The notes under the pieces were generated by a model. It worked only from the letters and a program-made list of their open reading frames with translations, searched no databases and was not told where the DNA came from. This document shows, in pieces, positions 31,520 through 32,000 of a stretch of DNA of 32,000 bases (the first letter of the stretch is position 1; each line of letters opens with the position of its first letter). This DNA is from Candidatus Saccharimonadota bacterium. Lineage in GTDB: Bacteria > Patescibacteriota > Saccharimonadia > Saccharimonadales > UBA4665. The position numbers were made by a program, and so were the translations under genes. The DNA lies in assembly GCA_002952755.1 (NCBI GenBank), contig CP025011.1, forward strand, positions 1,410,001 to 1,442,000, written 5' to 3'.

Positions 31520-32000
31520 TGGCACGTAAAAAACAACTTGACCCTGTTGCATTGGCACAGGCCCAGCAGCAGCGCGAACAGCAAGAAGTGGCTGCCGCTT
31601 TCCAAAAGGGTGTCACGGCGCTGCGTGATTTTATCGCGCCAAGCTCCCTGGAATTTAATAGTAGTTATTTTCACCTCGGAACCCGTATGGCACGCACCTA
31701 TTATGTATACGGCTACCCGCGCCAACTATACACCGGTTGGATGAGCAGCATGGTGAACCTCGATGAAGTAATTGATATTTCACTATTTATTTACCCGGTC
31801 GAAAGCCAGGTCGTGCTCGACAACTTGCGTAAAAAAGTCACCCAGCTGGAAGCCGGCATCCAGATCGACTCCGAAAAAGGTCGGGTACGCGACCCGCAAA
31901 AACAGGCCGCCATCCTCGACGCCGAAGAAATGCGTGATAAGTTGCAGGTGGGCGAAGAGCGCTTCTTCCGCTTTGGTTTCTACTTTACCGTCTACGCCGG
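31519..32000 (+). CDS. virB4: VirB4-like T4SS ATPase, N-terminal fragment (runs off the window)
   Basis: This ORF is absent from the supplied track because it has no stop codon in the window. I translated it by hand from ATG 31519 and found 160 open codons. FIAPSSLEFNSSYFHLGTRMARTYYVYGYPRQLYTGWMSSMVNLDEVIDISLFIYPVE and EERFFRFGFYFTVYA match the conserved N-terminal region of Gram-positive VirB4 homologs (ConE/PrgJ/TrsE class). GGGAG Shine-Dalgarno sequence. Confidence 0.75.
   Translation, partial: MARKKQLDPVALAQAQQQREQQEVAAAFQKGVTALRDFIAPSSLEFNSSYFHLGTRMARTYYVYGYPRQLYTGWMSSMVNLDEVIDISLFIYPVESQVVLDNLRKKVTQLEAGIQIDSEKGRVRDPQKQAAILDAEEMRDKLQVGEERFFRFGFYFTVYA

Noticed and set aside
1-32000. Looked for CRISPR arrays, rRNA genes, IS elements, transposases and integrases
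   Set aside because: I saw no short regularly spaced direct repeats, no rRNA-like conserved blocks and no ORF with DDE, tyrosine-recombinase or serine-recombinase motifs. The regular spacing in 19.7-22.5 kb reflects paralogous pilin genes, not a repeat-spacer array.

Overview
Gene content suggests a chromosomal segment from a small-genome, Gram-positive-like or CPR (Saccharibacteria-type) bacterium; this is an inference, no search was run. Positions 1-19.4 kb hold housekeeping and accessory genes: a short MurE-type ligase, TsaD, ValS, a Fur-family regulator, a Nudix protein, an HTH-HAD fusion, a 2H phosphoesterase, an HD protein, ComF and Hsp20. This part also holds four tRNA genes (Arg-GCG, Ser-CGA, Ser-GCT, Ser-TGA), each next to a bidirectional hairpin terminator. 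Beside tRNA-Arg sits a small islet with a membrane protein and a Phd/YefM-VapC toxin-antitoxin pair, bracketed by two families of direct repeats, one of which starts with a degenerate copy of the tRNA-Arg 3' end. Beside tRNA-Ser(TGA) is a GC-rich ~220-nt segment made of scrambled tRNA-Ser fragments. Positions 19.7-32 kb are the main item: a type IV secretion-like locus. Five tandem VirB2/TrbC-like pilin paralogs (six pilin domains) lie on the minus strand. A plus-strand operon runs divergently from them and encodes a small anchored protein, a 1323-aa VirB6-like giant, a 625-aa orphan soluble protein with its own consensus promoter, a PrgI/VirB3-like protein with a long Pro-rich tail, a protein with a VirB4-N-domain-like region, and the start of a VirB4-like ATPase that runs off the window. 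No coupling protein, relaxase, integrase, CRISPR array or rRNA is visible. Several genes appear to be leaderless, with a -10 box 6-7 nt upstream of the ATG. All calls come from reading the sequence and the ORF translations by eye.
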